Below are positions 50,512 through 60,989 of a DNA stretch of 64,000 nucleotides, one piece after another. Origin of the DNA: an uncultured Spirochaetota bacterium (GTDB lineage: Bacteria; Spirochaetota; Brevinematia; Brevinematales; JAOACQ01); NCBI GenBank assembly GCA_963768055.1, contig CAVYGN010000001.1, positions 1,248,001-1,312,000 on the forward strand, read 5' to 3'. Every line of letters starts with the position of its first letter. Positions within the stretch are counted from its first letter, which is position 1. The position numbers were made by a program, and so were the translations under genes. Under the pieces are notes generated by a model that was given only the letters and a program-made list of their open reading frames with translations, was not told the DNA's origin and made no database searches.

Positions 50512-51180
50512 ATGTCAAAATTAATTCCAATAATCAGGGCAAAAAAAGTAAAAACCAGGGATGACCGGGAGGAAGCGTTAGAAATCATCAAAGAGGTTTA
50601 TTTAAAAGAAAAAAACTGGATACATACAATAAGCGACCAGATTCCCGAAGATATCGACAAAAGGAAAGATATGTCGTGGTTTTTAGTAAAGATCAATAAA
50701 AAACCTGCCGGGGTACTGCGTTTGGTTTTCGATCCTATTCTGGAATTTCCGCCTGAATTACAGGTTACATTGAATAAAGATATCGATATCGACAAATTAA
50801 AATCAACTGGTAAATTTGCTGAAATCGGCAGGTTCATGATAATCCCGAAATACAGAAAATATATAACTGTGGTTTTAAGACTTATGAGGGCGGCCATTAA
50901 AGAGGTGCTTGAAAGGGATTATTCACATTTCATAACGGATGTGTTTGAAAATGAACCGAATTCTCCATATAAATTCCATACCAGGATTTTGGGCTTTGAG
51001 GTTATTGGGAAACATCTTTACGGGGACCTTAACTGCAGTTGCACCAGGATTATTTTAACTCTTGATATATTGAAGAATTATCAAAGATTAAAAGAACATA
51101 AAAATAAAATTTTCAACACGCTGACTGAAGGTATCAGGGACATTTTCGAAAAAAAACTTTCAGCCAGGCAGATGATATAG
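50512..51180 (+). CDS. GNAT-fold N-acyltransferase (N-acyl amino acid synthase/OlsB-like)
   Basis: VYLKEKNW, GVLRL, AEIGRFMI.P.YR, LGF motifs. Confidence 0.6.
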   Translation: MSKLIPIIRAKKVKTRDDREEALEIIKEVYLKEKNWIHTISDQIPEDIDKRKDMSWFLVKINKKPAGVLRLVFDPILEFPPELQVTLNKDIDIDKLKSTGKFAEIGRFMIIPKYRKYITVVLRLMRAAIKEVLERDYSHFITDVFENEPNSPYKFHTRILGFEVIGKHLYGDLNCSCTRIILTLDILKNYQRLKEHKNKIFNTLTEGIRDIFEKKLSARQMI

Positions 51181-51325
51181 CCTTTTATATTTTTTATTAT
51201 TAGCCTTTTATTGACTCCCTTCATCAATGGAAATATAATTAAATGAATATCTAATTGCTTGTTTTTTTTCACATGGCGGACATCCTCTTTGAATATATTT
51301 AAAAATCTATTAAGGCGGGCCTGTA

Positions 51326-52141
51326 ATGAGAAGCTTCCTTAAAATTATTACAATTATAATCATCTTTTATCCGCTTGCCGGTATAAAAGCTCTTGAAAGG
51401 CTTAGCGATATAGCTCCTCCCATTGAACAATTTTCTGTTTTATTCCCGGAGCATCAATCGTCAAAATGGGTCGAGATCATCTACGGCGTCAATGTTTACA
51501 ATGCATTTTCATACGAGGTATCAAGAAACACCAATAATAACGAACTATCGGTCAAAGCCGATTCTATGAGATGGTCTTTTTCAAGTGAAATGTCCCCGGC
51601 AGTGAGATTGAAAAACTATCAGATAGTTGTCAAATCACCGGCGATAAAAAACTCATGGGGCTGCGATTTAGTCGATGTTGTAAATTATCCCGACAAAAAA
51701 ACGCTCATCGCAAAAAAAATTTTATCAGGAGTCGTAAAAAAAACAATGTCCGTAACCTATGACGAAAATTCCCTTGAAAATCAGGAATTAAATATGTTTC
51801 TTCGGGCATTGCTGCTCCATGGCATAAGGAAAAGCTTCAATTGTGATGCCATAATAGGAGATGGATGGAAGATAAACGTCAATTTAACACTTTACGAAAC
51901 CAACGATTTTCAAAAAATATCCCCTTCCTACCCTTTCCCGGATGATCTGAAAATTTGGTCGAATTCCGGTGAATCATTTTATATATATGAGATGAGCGCT
52001 ACGGGACTCCTCGGAATTTTTTATTCATATAAATTCTATTCGGTATATAGAAAAAATGAAACTTGCGATTATATAGCGGCCTGGGGAGGCGACCCTAAAT
52101 ACTGTACTTTCCACATAATGTATTACGGTTCGGTAAAATGA
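51326..52141 (+). CDS. Hypothetical exported protein
   Basis: Signal-peptide-like N-terminus; no motif recognised. Confidence 0.6.
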   Translation: MRSFLKIITIIIIFYPLAGIKALERLSDIAPPIEQFSVLFPEHQSSKWVEIIYGVNVYNAFSYEVSRNTNNNELSVKADSMRWSFSSEMSPAVRLKNYQIVVKSPAIKNSWGCDLVDVVNYPDKKTLIAKKILSGVVKKTMSVTYDENSLENQELNMFLRALLLHGIRKSFNCDAIIGDGWKINVNLTLYETNDFQKISPSYPFPDDLKIWSNSGESFYIYEMSATGLLGIFYSYKFYSVYRKNETCDYIAAWGGDPKYCTFHIMYYGSVK

Positions 52142-52142
52142 T

Positions 52143-52679
52143 ATGAATTATCTGGATAATAAGGTCATTGTTCAGATAGGAGATATTACTGAACAGGATA
52201 CCGACGCTATTGTCAACGCCGCTAATTCGAGCCTATTGGGAGGCGGCGGGGTCGACGGGGCTGTTCACAGGAAAGGGGGCCCGGAAATTTTAGAAGCCTG
52301 CAGGGAAATCAGGAAAAACTTGTATCCCGGAGGATTGCCCGCAGGTTCCGCGGTTTCAACTACGGCGGGCCGTTTGAAAGCGAAATGGGTCATTCACACA
52401 GTCGGGCCGGTATGGCATGGCGGCTCTCAAGGCGAGGACGGATTGTTAAAGAGCGCTTATATTACCTCTTTAAAAGAAGCCTTACGGCTGGGGTGCCGTT
52501 CAATTTCCTTCCCCGCCATTTCAACAGGCATATATTCATTTCCTCCTGAAAGGGCATCTTCGATAGTATCTTCTGCGATTAAAGGTTTCATTAATGAAAA
52601 TAATCCGCTTATTACAATTTACCTTGTTTTTTATTCAAAACAGGATTACGATATTTTTATAGAAAACCAATTATTCTAA
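52143..52679 (+). CDS. Macro domain O-acetyl-ADP-ribose deacetylase (YmdB-like)
   Basis: GDIT, IVNAANSSLLGGGGVDGA, IHTVGP, FPAISTGIY. Confidence 0.92.
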   Translation: MNYLDNKVIVQIGDITEQDTDAIVNAANSSLLGGGGVDGAVHRKGGPEILEACREIRKNLYPGGLPAGSAVSTTAGRLKAKWVIHTVGPVWHGGSQGEDGLLKSAYITSLKEALRLGCRSISFPAISTGIYSFPPERASSIVSSAIKGFINENNPLITIYLVFYSKQDYDIFIENQLF

Positions 52680-52691
52680 CGGAGAGTTTAT

Positions 52692-53897
52692 ATGCCCGCC
52701 CTGCTTATTGAAACAATCGATTACAACAAATTTCTGCCTGTATCGCGGACAAAAAATATCTGGGATATTACAAGCGGAATATACAACCCCCGGCAAAGAT
52801 TCGAAATTTTCTTTCCCGGCTCCCTCTTCCATTCTCCACGTTTTAATGAAAAACCTTTTTCTTTACTCAAAAACGAATATCCGGAAAAAGCTTGTTACAA
52901 TCCGGATTCGGAAGTTTACGCAATAATAAATTCCCAATATATACCATCAGGTAATTACAGCCGGAATATGAATACTCTTAGTATAACACCCGAAGGTTTT
53001 TTCATTTCCCTCTTTTCCGATAAAATTACTCCGGCTGTGATAGAATCTATAGAAAATAATGACTTTAAAGTTCTTTTTGCAGATAATAAGGTCGTAGAGG
53101 TCAATGCCGGTATTTTTCTTCAAAGTATACCTGATATCATAAAATATAACGCCGAAGCTGTTTTACTTGATTCCCGTATCATCAAAAACAGCCCGGGGTA
53201 CAAATCGCAGGGTAATAATATCCTGATTGGAAATACCGCCGATATTCAACAATTCGTTTCAATACAGGATGCTTCGGGACCGGTCATAATCGACAAAGGC
53301 GCTGTTGTGAGATCCTTTTCAATTATAGACGGGCCGGCTTATATAGGTAAAAACACACTTATTGACAGCGCCAGGATAAGGAGCGGCACTACCATTAAAG
53401 ACGTGTGCAGGATCGGGGGAGAAGTTGAATGCTCTGTCGTTGAAAATTATTCGAATAAACATCACGAAGGTTTCCTTGGGCATTCGTATATCGGAGAATG
53501 GGTAAATATCGGCGCTATGGCGACTACAAGCGATTTAAAAAACAATTACAGCGAAATTAAGATCAATAACGGTTCTTTAATTATTTCCACGGGATCTGAC
53601 AAATTCGGGTCGGTAATAGGGGATTTTACGAAAGTCGGAATAGGAATAATGCTTAATACCGGAACAGTTATATCAGAGGGCTGCAGCCTCTTCGGTGAAA
53701 ATGCCTTCATACCTTCTTACGTTCAGCCCTTCAGCTGGGGGGTAATGGGAAAAAGATACGAGATCGATCGTTTTATTTCCGACACAAAAAAAATTATGAA
53801 GAGAAGAAATGTTGAATTGTCGGGATCGAGGGAGGAATTTTTAAGAAGTCTTTACGATTCACTGTCTATTAGCGTGTCTTCAGAGGTTATCCGCTAA
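52692..53897 (+). CDS. GlmU-related putative sugar nucleotidyltransferase/acyltransferase with hexapeptide repeats
   Basis: GPVIID, IGGEVECS, SNKHHEGFLGHSYIGEWVNIGA, SDLKNNY. Confidence 0.8.
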   Translation: MPALLIETIDYNKFLPVSRTKNIWDITSGIYNPRQRFEIFFPGSLFHSPRFNEKPFSLLKNEYPEKACYNPDSEVYAIINSQYIPSGNYSRNMNTLSITPEGFFISLFSDKITPAVIESIENNDFKVLFADNKVVEVNAGIFLQSIPDIIKYNAEAVLLDSRIIKNSPGYKSQGNNILIGNTADIQQFVSIQDASGPVIIDKGAVVRSFSIIDGPAYIGKNTLIDSARIRSGTTIKDVCRIGGEVECSVVENYSNKHHEGFLGHSYIGEWVNIGAMATTSDLKNNYSEIKINNGSLIISTGSDKFGSVIGDFTKVGIGIMLNTGTVISEGCSLFGENAFIPSYVQPFSWGVMGKRYEIDRFISDTKKIMKRRNVELSGSREEFLRSLYDSLSISVSSEVIR

Positions 53898-53928
53898 GCG
53901 GAAGATTTTTAGATTAAGGAGTCTTACA

Positions 53929-54330
53929 ATGGAAACGATTACCATATCGGATAACATTCAGGCAAGTCCTGAAAGAATCTATAACGCCTGGCTTTCGAGC
54001 GAGGAACACTCCGCTTTCACCGGCTCAGCGGCGGAAATCGAAGCTATGGTCGGGGGTGTTTTCAATACCTGGGACGGTTATATACAGGGTTTGACCCTTG
54101 AATTAATTCCATTCAGCAAGATCGTTCAAGCATGGAGAACGACCGAGTTCCCTCCGGAGTCGGAAGATTCCAGGCTTGAAATACTACTCTCGCAAACGGA
54201 CGACGGCACAAAAATCACCTTATATCATTCAAATATTCCTGACGGCCAGGGAGAAGAATACCGAAAGGGGTGGATTGATTTTTATATTAAGCCTATGAAG
54301 GAATACTTTTCTAAAAAAGGAAAAAAGTAG
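53929..54330 (+). CDS. SRPBCC/AHSA1 domain protein
   Basis: ASPERIYNAW, KIVQAWRT, GW..FY. Confidence 0.85.
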   Translation: METITISDNIQASPERIYNAWLSSEEHSAFTGSAAEIEAMVGGVFNTWDGYIQGLTLELIPFSKIVQAWRTTEFPPESEDSRLEILLSQTDDGTKITLYHSNIPDGQGEEYRKGWIDFYIKPMKEYFSKKGKK

Positions 54331-54397
54331 CGGGTGACGAGTAAAGTTATTAAAGTCTGTAAATCTCTCAACTGTTTATTATCTCAAAGAAGAATTT

Positions 54398-57300
54398 ATG
54401 AATAAATATGCAATCGGAAGTTTTATCCGTAAAAACATCATTACGCTGATCGTATGTATTATTCCCGTTTTTATTATAGCTATTATCTATTTTGCTTATC
54501 GTCTTCCGGATGGATACAAGCCTTATATTTTTAATATGGCAGGCACATGGAAAATTCAAGAGGGTAAAAATGATGAATGGATAAAGCCGGGTTTCAATGA
54601 TTCGGGATGGAAAGAGATTCAATTTCCAGGAAGCTATTATAATCAGGGCTTCAGGGACCGTTATTCGGTAGTCAGAAAAAAGTTCATTTTAAATGAAAAC
54701 ATGAAGGATAAAGATCTCTTTTTTATAATAGGCGGCACCCGGGGATTAATGGGAAACGTTTATGCAAACGGGCATAAAATCGGGGAGATCGGACTCAGTA
54801 TTAACGGTAAAAAAACACAGGATGCTCATTATGTATACGGTTTTTTTATCAACCGTGAATTTATTTTTAATGATAAAAATCAGCCTGATAATATTCTTGC
54901 CATACAATTCGAGGATGAAACAATAGGAAACGACTGGCTACAGGATCCGCGAATTCTCATAGGAACATCGGAATATATAAAACCCTACTATGAAAGAAGC
55001 ATGTTCGTTTACGCTTTCTTTCAATACGGCATCAATTTATCCTGTATTTTAGTTCTGGCTATCATTTCACTGCTTGTAATAACAGAATGGAAATCCTCCG
55101 AGAGGTATAAATATATATCGGCCATGATTTTCATTTTCTCGGCTATTGTTTACAATCTGACTTTTTCAAATTCTTACCTGAAATATTTTATAGACTTCCC
55201 CCTGTCAACCAGATTATTAGCGGCTTCAATCGCATTTGTATGCTTTGCCGCATTGGATTTTATTCAGTATTTCTTTTTTAAAAAAATTAATATTCTGGCA
55301 AAAATAAACAGGATCGTCTGCGCGGTTATTATGATATCATATTTCCTGGCCGGCAGTTTTTCAATTGTTATGAAAATATATAACTACTTTATCTTTTATT
55401 TTTTTATTGTAATCCTGTATGTTTTCGCCCTGCTGGTAACAGGCACAATAAAAACAAAAAAAAACAAATACGGGATCATTATAACGACATCGATGATTGT
55501 CGTATGTGCGTCGGGAATTTCAGATATGATGACGGACCTCGGTTTGATATATACCCCGTTAATGTTCAATATAACCATTTCGGTATATATATTAATGAGT
55601 TCAATCATCATTATAGCCGAGTTCATTCAGATCAGCAATACAAATAAAATCCTTTCCATTGAACTTCAGCAGTTGAACTCCTCGCTGGAAACAAAAGTTG
55701 TCAAAAGTACCATGGAACTGCGCGAAGCCAATGAAAAAATGAAAAAACTGGATTCGATTAAGAGCGATTTCATAGCGAATATTACACATGATTTCCGGTC
55801 GCCCCTCACCGTTATCCTTAACGCCGCCGACCTCGCCATCCGTTTTGACGACAATATAGACGATGAGGAGAAAGAAAAATTCCGCATGATATACAAATCG
55901 TCCCTGCGGCTGAAAGACACGATCGACAAGCTTCTTGAACTCGCAAAAATAGACGCCAGGGGCATTAAATTGAAGATTGAAAAAGTCGACCTGGCGGCAA
56001 ACATCAATTCCCTGCTGGATTATTACGAGTCTTCGGTAAGTTCGAGCGGAATAAAAATAAAAAGGATATTGCCCGCCAAAAAAATTGAAGATTTTTACAC
56101 GGATACTGAAAAGCTCGAGGAGATACTCGATAACATTCTATCGAACGCGATCAAATTCGTCAATCCCGATACCGGGGTTATCATAACCGAGCTTGAAGAA
56201 AAGGCCGATCATATTTTAATCAGCATCTCGGATAACGGCATCGGAATACCCAAGGAGAAATTGAAGATTATTTTCAACAGGTTTGAACAGCTCCATGACG
56301 GGAGAAACAGCCAGTACCATGGGACCGGCATCGGGCTTGCCTTCTCGAAGCAGCTTACCGACTTTTTAAAGGGGGAAATCTGGGCGGAATCCGAGGGGCC
56401 GGGAAAGGGATCGAGATTCCTCATAAAGATGAAAAAAGGGAGGGCGCATTTTAACGAAAAGGATATAAGTTCGGATGAGAACACGTTCAGAAGGAGAAAG
56501 GATTTAAAGACGCTGATAGAGGCCGAGCTTGACGAAAAACAGCGTATTGAAAACATTCGTACCATTTTTATGGATTTGAACAGGGAAAACGAGTCGGACT
56601 ACAAAAAGGGCATAATATTGATAATAGACGACGATAAGAGCATCTGTGAAATTATTTACACATATTTGAACAAAAACGGCTTCAAGAATTTCATCATCGC
56701 TTCGGACGGCAAGCAGGGGCTCGAAGCCGTTTATGAATATTCGCCCGACATAGTCATCTGCGATTTCAATATGCCCAATATGAAAGGAGACGACCTGCAT
56801 AACCGCCTTGTGGGAAACCCGGTTCACAAGGAAATACCCTTTATATTTTTATCCGCCGTAGCTGACGAAGGGCTGATGCTTGAGAGAAGGGAATTGGGTG
56901 CGGCGGCCTATTTAAAAAAACCTATCGAGGAAAAACTGCTCATCATTACTGTGGACGAACAATTGATGAAATATTACGAACTAAAAAAGATCAGGCAATT
57001 GGCCTCGAAGGACGAATTGACAGGTTTGAATAACCGGAGGGCTGCCCTTGAAAACCTTAAGCGGGAGTTATCCGTGAGGCAATACCGGGATATATCGATA
57101 ATATTTATGGACCTGGATTTTTTCAAGCGAATAAACGACTCGCATGGTCATCAGGCCGGGGATTTGTTCCTCGCGATGACAGGTAAAATAATTAAATCCG
57201 CGATCAGGAAATACGACATAGCCGGAAGGTACGGCGGGGACGAGTTTATTGTAATCCTTCCGGAGATCAATCTGAAAAATGCCGCGCATGTTGCAGAGGG

Positions 57301-57604
57301 TCTCCGGAACTCGATCGGCAATACGATAATAAATTACGGGGACAAGGCCCTGTCGATCACTTCAAGTTTCGGAGTTGCGTCTCTCCGGGACAATTCGGAT
57401 TATATAAATAAGACTCTCGGAATCGGCGATTTGAAGGATCTTTACGAAGTCAGGGACAGGGAAGGGGCCGATTGGGAAAAGATCGATAAAATCAAGGAAG
57501 AGATCGCCGAATTGCTTTTGAAAATGGCCGGCGAGGCGCTGAAACAGGCAAAAATCAGGCGTGATACGGTAGTGAAATTCGGCGAAGGTCCGTTAAATCT
57601 GTGA
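54398..57604 (+). CDS. Hybrid sensor: sugar-binding-like domain, multi-TM region, HisKA, HATPase, REC and GGDEF
   Basis: GTWKIQEG...FNDSGW..I.FPG; THDFRSPL; NILSNAIKF, DNGIGI, GTGIGL; IIDDD/CDFNMP; RKYDIAGRYGGDEF. Confidence 0.88.
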   Translation: MNKYAIGSFIRKNIITLIVCIIPVFIIAIIYFAYRLPDGYKPYIFNMAGTWKIQEGKNDEWIKPGFNDSGWKEIQFPGSYYNQGFRDRYSVVRKKFILNENMKDKDLFFIIGGTRGLMGNVYANGHKIGEIGLSINGKKTQDAHYVYGFFINREFIFNDKNQPDNILAIQFEDETIGNDWLQDPRILIGTSEYIKPYYERSMFVYAFFQYGINLSCILVLAIISLLVITEWKSSERYKYISAMIFIFSAIVYNLTFSNSYLKYFIDFPLSTRLLAASIAFVCFAALDFIQYFFFKKINILAKINRIVCAVIMISYFLAGSFSIVMKIYNYFIFYFFIVILYVFALLVTGTIKTKKNKYGIIITTSMIVVCASGISDMMTDLGLIYTPLMFNITISVYILMSSIIIIAEFIQISNTNKILSIELQQLNSSLETKVVKSTMELREANEKMKKLDSIKSDFIANITHDFRSPLTVILNAADLAIRFDDNIDDEEKEKFRMIYKSSLRLKDTIDKLLELAKIDARGIKLKIEKVDLAANINSLLDYYESSVSSSGIKIKRILPAKKIEDFYTDTEKLEEILDNILSNAIKFVNPDTGVIITELEEKADHILISISDNGIGIPKEKLKIIFNRFEQLHDGRNSQYHGTGIGLAFSKQLTDFLKGEIWAESEGPGKGSRFLIKMKKGRAHFNEKDISSDENTFRRRKDLKTLIEAELDEKQRIENIRTIFMDLNRENESDYKKGIILIIDDDKSICEIIYTYLNKNGFKNFIIASDGKQGLEAVYEYSPDIVICDFNMPNMKGDDLHNRLVGNPVHKEIPFIFLSAVADEGLMLERRELGAAAYLKKPIEEKLLIITVDEQLMKYYELKKIRQLASKDELTGLNNRRAALENLKRELSVRQYRDISIIFMDLDFFKRINDSHGHQAGDLFLAMTGKIIKSAIRKYDIAGRYGGDEFIVILPEINLKNAAHVAEGLRNSIGNTIINYGDKALSITSSFGVASLRDNSDYINKTLGIGDLKDLYEVRDREGADWEKIDKIKEEIAELLLKMAGEALKQAKIRRDTVVKFGEGPLNL

Positions 57605-57676
57605 ATCCTTACAGGACTTAATCTGTGGTTTCAAATTGTGATTTTTTTTAGTAATAAATTTATTGGAGATTGATTT

Positions 57677-59824
57677 ATGAAAAGACTGGCTTGCCTTATT
57701 CTTCCTCTCCTGCTGAGCATTACATCCAGCGGGCAATGGAATTACCCCCCGACCAAAACTGTTGACGCATTTGATGTTTACTTCGGTAAGACCTATAAAG
57801 ATCCCTATCGCCGGCTTGAAAACCTCAAGGATAAAGATACCGAAGCATGGTTCAGGAAGCAGGCTCTTCTGACGGACAGCCTTATGGAAAAGATTCCCGG
57901 AAAGGATGCCCTTGTGCAGGTATGGCTGAACCTTGACAAGCAGAGACCGGCAAAATATACCTCCATTAACTTTGAGAATGGCCGCGTCTTCTACAAGAAG
58001 ACCCTCGGCGGCGAGAATGTGGGCAGGCTTTTCTTCCGTGAAGGATGGAACGGCCCGGAAAAACTGCTTTTCGATCCGGCTGGTTATAAGGAAGGGGTGA
58101 CAACAACAATTCAGGGAATTGTACCTTCTTTCGATGGACGGTATGTTGTCCTGGGATTTTCGTCCGGAGGGGCAGAATACTCGGATATCCGGGTTCTCGA
58201 GGTCGATACTGGAAAGCTTCTTCCCGAAAGCATCTATCCATCATACGGACCGATCGGATGGACGCTTGACAGCAAGTCCTTTTTTTACGATGCAGGAAAA
58301 GAAACCGATATCAGGAGTCTTAACATTGAACTGAATCGTAAGACCAGGCTTCACAAGCTTGGCACCGACACAGCTCTGGATATAGATTTCTTCAGCGATG
58401 AAAGCAGCCCTGAACTTTTTATCGATCCAAAGGAGATCCCTACGGCCTATATCGATGAATCTTTCCCCGGCTACATCTTCGGATTTGTCGGCACTGTTCA
58501 AAGTGAAATCCGGGCTTACTATGCCCCTATTTCCGAAATGAAAAACCATAAGATAAAATGGAACGTGTTATGCAAGCCTTCGGATAACCTGGTCCGTAGC
58601 TTAGAGTTCTCCGGAGATTATGTATATGCGGTCACCCACACAAATGCGCCGAAGTACAAAGTCATTCGGACAACAGTAAAGAATCCGGATTGGAATAAAG
58701 CTGAAACAGTCGTTCCGGAAGGGCCGAATTCCATCCAGTATATCACAAAGAGCAGGAACTTTCTTTTTATTGTTTATTCCGATGGGATTGTCAGCAGCAT
58801 CATGAAATACAACCTGAATTCCGGGAAATTATCAGGGGTCAAACTGCCTTTTTCAGGAACAGCCGATATTTCATGTCCGGATTGGCATACGGATCAGTGC
58901 CTTTTAAGCATTTCCTCCTGGATCACTCCGGTAACTCTTTACAATTTTGATGCGGAGAAGGACACATTCACAAAGAGTATCTTCAACATTGATGTTTCGT
59001 ATCCGGGATTTGAGAATCTTGCTGCTGAAGAGATCGAAGTACAGGGTCAGGACGGCGTTCTTGTCCCCCTTTCGATAATCTACAGAAAGGGTCTTCCGCT
59101 TGACGGCAACAATTGCTGTATTCTGGAAGGCTATGGAGCATATGGAATAAGTTATACCCCGCATTTCAGCATCATAGATTCAATCGCCTTGCAGGGAGTG
59201 GTGTTAGCGTACGCCCATACCCGGGGCGGAGGAGAAAAGGGAGAGGCATGGTACAAGGCAGGATATAAAACGACCAAGCCTAATACCTGGAAAGACTTTA
59301 TATCCTGCGCGGAATACCTTATTAAAAAGGGTTATACAAGGCCTGAAAAGCTCGGAGGCATGGGCACCAGCGCCGGGGGAATTCTTATCAGCCGGGCTAT
59401 CACGGAACGTCCGGACCTATTCGGGGCTGCAGTCTGCAATGTCGGATGCGCAAACTCAATGCGTATGGAATTCTCTCCGAACGGACCTGTCAATATACCG
59501 GAATTCGGCACGGTAAAGGACCCTGTCGAATGCCGGGCGCTGTATGAAATGGATGGCGTCGCCCATGTTATGGATGGTGTGAAATATCCTGCCGTTCTCT
59601 GTGTCGGCGGATGGAACGATCCCCGCGTTCCGCCCTGGCAGCCGGGGAAGTTCGCCGCTGCCCTGCAGAATGCCAGCGTATCCGGAAAGCCGGTACTAAT
59701 GAAGGTAAACTACGACAACGGACACTTCACGGAAGAGAAGATCGTCACCTTCAAGAATTTCGCCGGCCAGTACGCATTCCTGCTCTGGCAAACCGGGCAC
59801 AGGGATTTCCAGCCGGAACCGTAA
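57677..59824 (+). CDS. Prolyl oligopeptidase family (S9A) serine peptidase, secreted
   Basis: DPYRRLE, GYGAYG, RGGGE.G..W, GTSAGG, NDPRV, GH. Confidence 0.92.
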   Translation: MKRLACLILPLLLSITSSGQWNYPPTKTVDAFDVYFGKTYKDPYRRLENLKDKDTEAWFRKQALLTDSLMEKIPGKDALVQVWLNLDKQRPAKYTSINFENGRVFYKKTLGGENVGRLFFREGWNGPEKLLFDPAGYKEGVTTTIQGIVPSFDGRYVVLGFSSGGAEYSDIRVLEVDTGKLLPESIYPSYGPIGWTLDSKSFFYDAGKETDIRSLNIELNRKTRLHKLGTDTALDIDFFSDESSPELFIDPKEIPTAYIDESFPGYIFGFVGTVQSEIRAYYAPISEMKNHKIKWNVLCKPSDNLVRSLEFSGDYVYAVTHTNAPKYKVIRTTVKNPDWNKAETVVPEGPNSIQYITKSRNFLFIVYSDGIVSSIMKYNLNSGKLSGVKLPFSGTADISCPDWHTDQCLLSISSWITPVTLYNFDAEKDTFTKSIFNIDVSYPGFENLAAEEIEVQGQDGVLVPLSIIYRKGLPLDGNNCCILEGYGAYGISYTPHFSIIDSIALQGVVLAYAHTRGGGEKGEAWYKAGYKTTKPNTWKDFISCAEYLIKKGYTRPEKLGGMGTSAGGILISRAITERPDLFGAAVCNVGCANSMRMEFSPNGPVNIPEFGTVKDPVECRALYEMDGVAHVMDGVKYPAVLCVGGWNDPRVPPWQPGKFAAALQNASVSGKPVLMKVNYDNGHFTEEKIVTFKNFAGQYAFLLWQTGHRDFQPEP

Positions 59825-59851
59825 GGGGCCGTTCAAACAACATACAGCTTG

Positions 59852-60079
59852 TATGGAGTCAATTTTTATCTCGCACTGGATTCGAAAACTTGAACTGCAT
59901 CATCTCAAAACGGCGGCAAGCGTTTGATGGAATACTTTTTTAAATGAAGAATTTTATTTATAAATCTATAAGAATCGGTTGAATACTATAAACGGTCTTG
60001 GATGAAACGCTTGCTTCGCTGTTTTTCGATGGCAGTTCTACGTTTTCTTCATAAATGCGGGATAAAAATTGACTCCATA
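59852..60079. repeat. Long imperfect inverted repeat (arms about 59852-59928 and 60002-60079)
   Basis: TATGGAGTCAATTTTTATC(T/C)CGCA matches 23/24; weaker similarity continues to GCAAGCGTTT. Confidence 0.75.
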
Positions 60080-60174
60080 AAAAACGGCATATTGTTTTGA
60101 ATCCGGCGGGAAAGGACAAATGATTGTCGACTATGGACTTTGGACTTGCTTTCACCTTTTTTTGTTGGCTGTAT

Positions 60175-60259
60175 TGTCTTTTCGAGGACCCCTCACCATT
60201 TTGTGGGCTCAACCCCTAAACCCGACAAAATGGTGAGGGGGACGAGAAATCTTCCCTGA
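60175..60259 (+). repeat. Family B repeat unit with perfect 16-bp hairpin
   Basis: TGTCTTTTCGAGGA-[CCCCTCACCATTTTGT...ACAAAATGGTGAGGGG]-GACGAGAAATCTTCCCTGA. Confidence 0.7.
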
Positions 60260-60403
60260 TTTTTTAACAAAGAATAATACAACATGTAAATCGGCCTTGA
60301 TTTACAAGGCTTTGATATGAACCACCTGAAAAAATGAGATGAAAATGTGATGAATTGAATAATTGTTTGCTCTAATAAAAATATGTAACAAAACAATTTT
60401 TCC

Positions 60404-60989
60404 CTAATTCTTTATAAATGATTCCAGCGAAATAGTGTTTATATTTTTTAAATCCAAATCATTTCTCCAACAAATTACAATTCCATTAAAATTCAAAGGA
60501 TGACAATGCTGTTTATAATTTGAACTTAAATATTCAAACTCAGCTTCAATTTCTTCATTTTTATCATTTATAAGTAAAGCATCTGGGAAATCAGATTGAA
60601 TATGTTTAATCTTAAAACCCAGCTTTTGTGATAAAATCACAAATAATGCAATAGTCTCATATTCATTTGAAGGCTCATAAAGCATATTACAATCATAATT
60701 TAATGGCATGTTTTTATTCTTTTTATTCTTTTTTTGGGAGGATTCAAGTTCAAATTCAAATTTATCTTTATAATTTGCAGTAATATAATCAACCGCTATT
60801 TTAAAACCACCCCATTTAGTTTTATAAGGAGTCCAAGAATATTTAGAATTTATTCTAAATTCATTATTACTTGGAATTTTCATTAATTTGTTTGCGACCT
60901 TTATAAATTCATCTACCAATTCTTCCCTTGAGATCTCAGGCTGTCTTGGAGGAGATTGAGGTGGATTTGGAGTTAACCCGGCTTCCAAG
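60404..60989 (-). pseudogene. 3' part of an IS-split gene: helical repeat plus PD-(D/E)xK-like nuclease
   Basis: IQSDFPDAL...EAEFEYLSSNYKQH; joins in frame with 63525-63707 once the IS is removed. Confidence 0.75.

Noticed and set aside
59826..59960. Possible integron attC after the peptidase gene
   Set aside because: No convincing paired RYYYAAC/GTTRRRY boxes and no integrase in the window.
59958..60212. Peptide FLWSQFLSRIYE resembling an IS91-type transposase C-terminus
   Set aside because: No other transposase motifs; better explained as one arm of a DNA inverted repeat.
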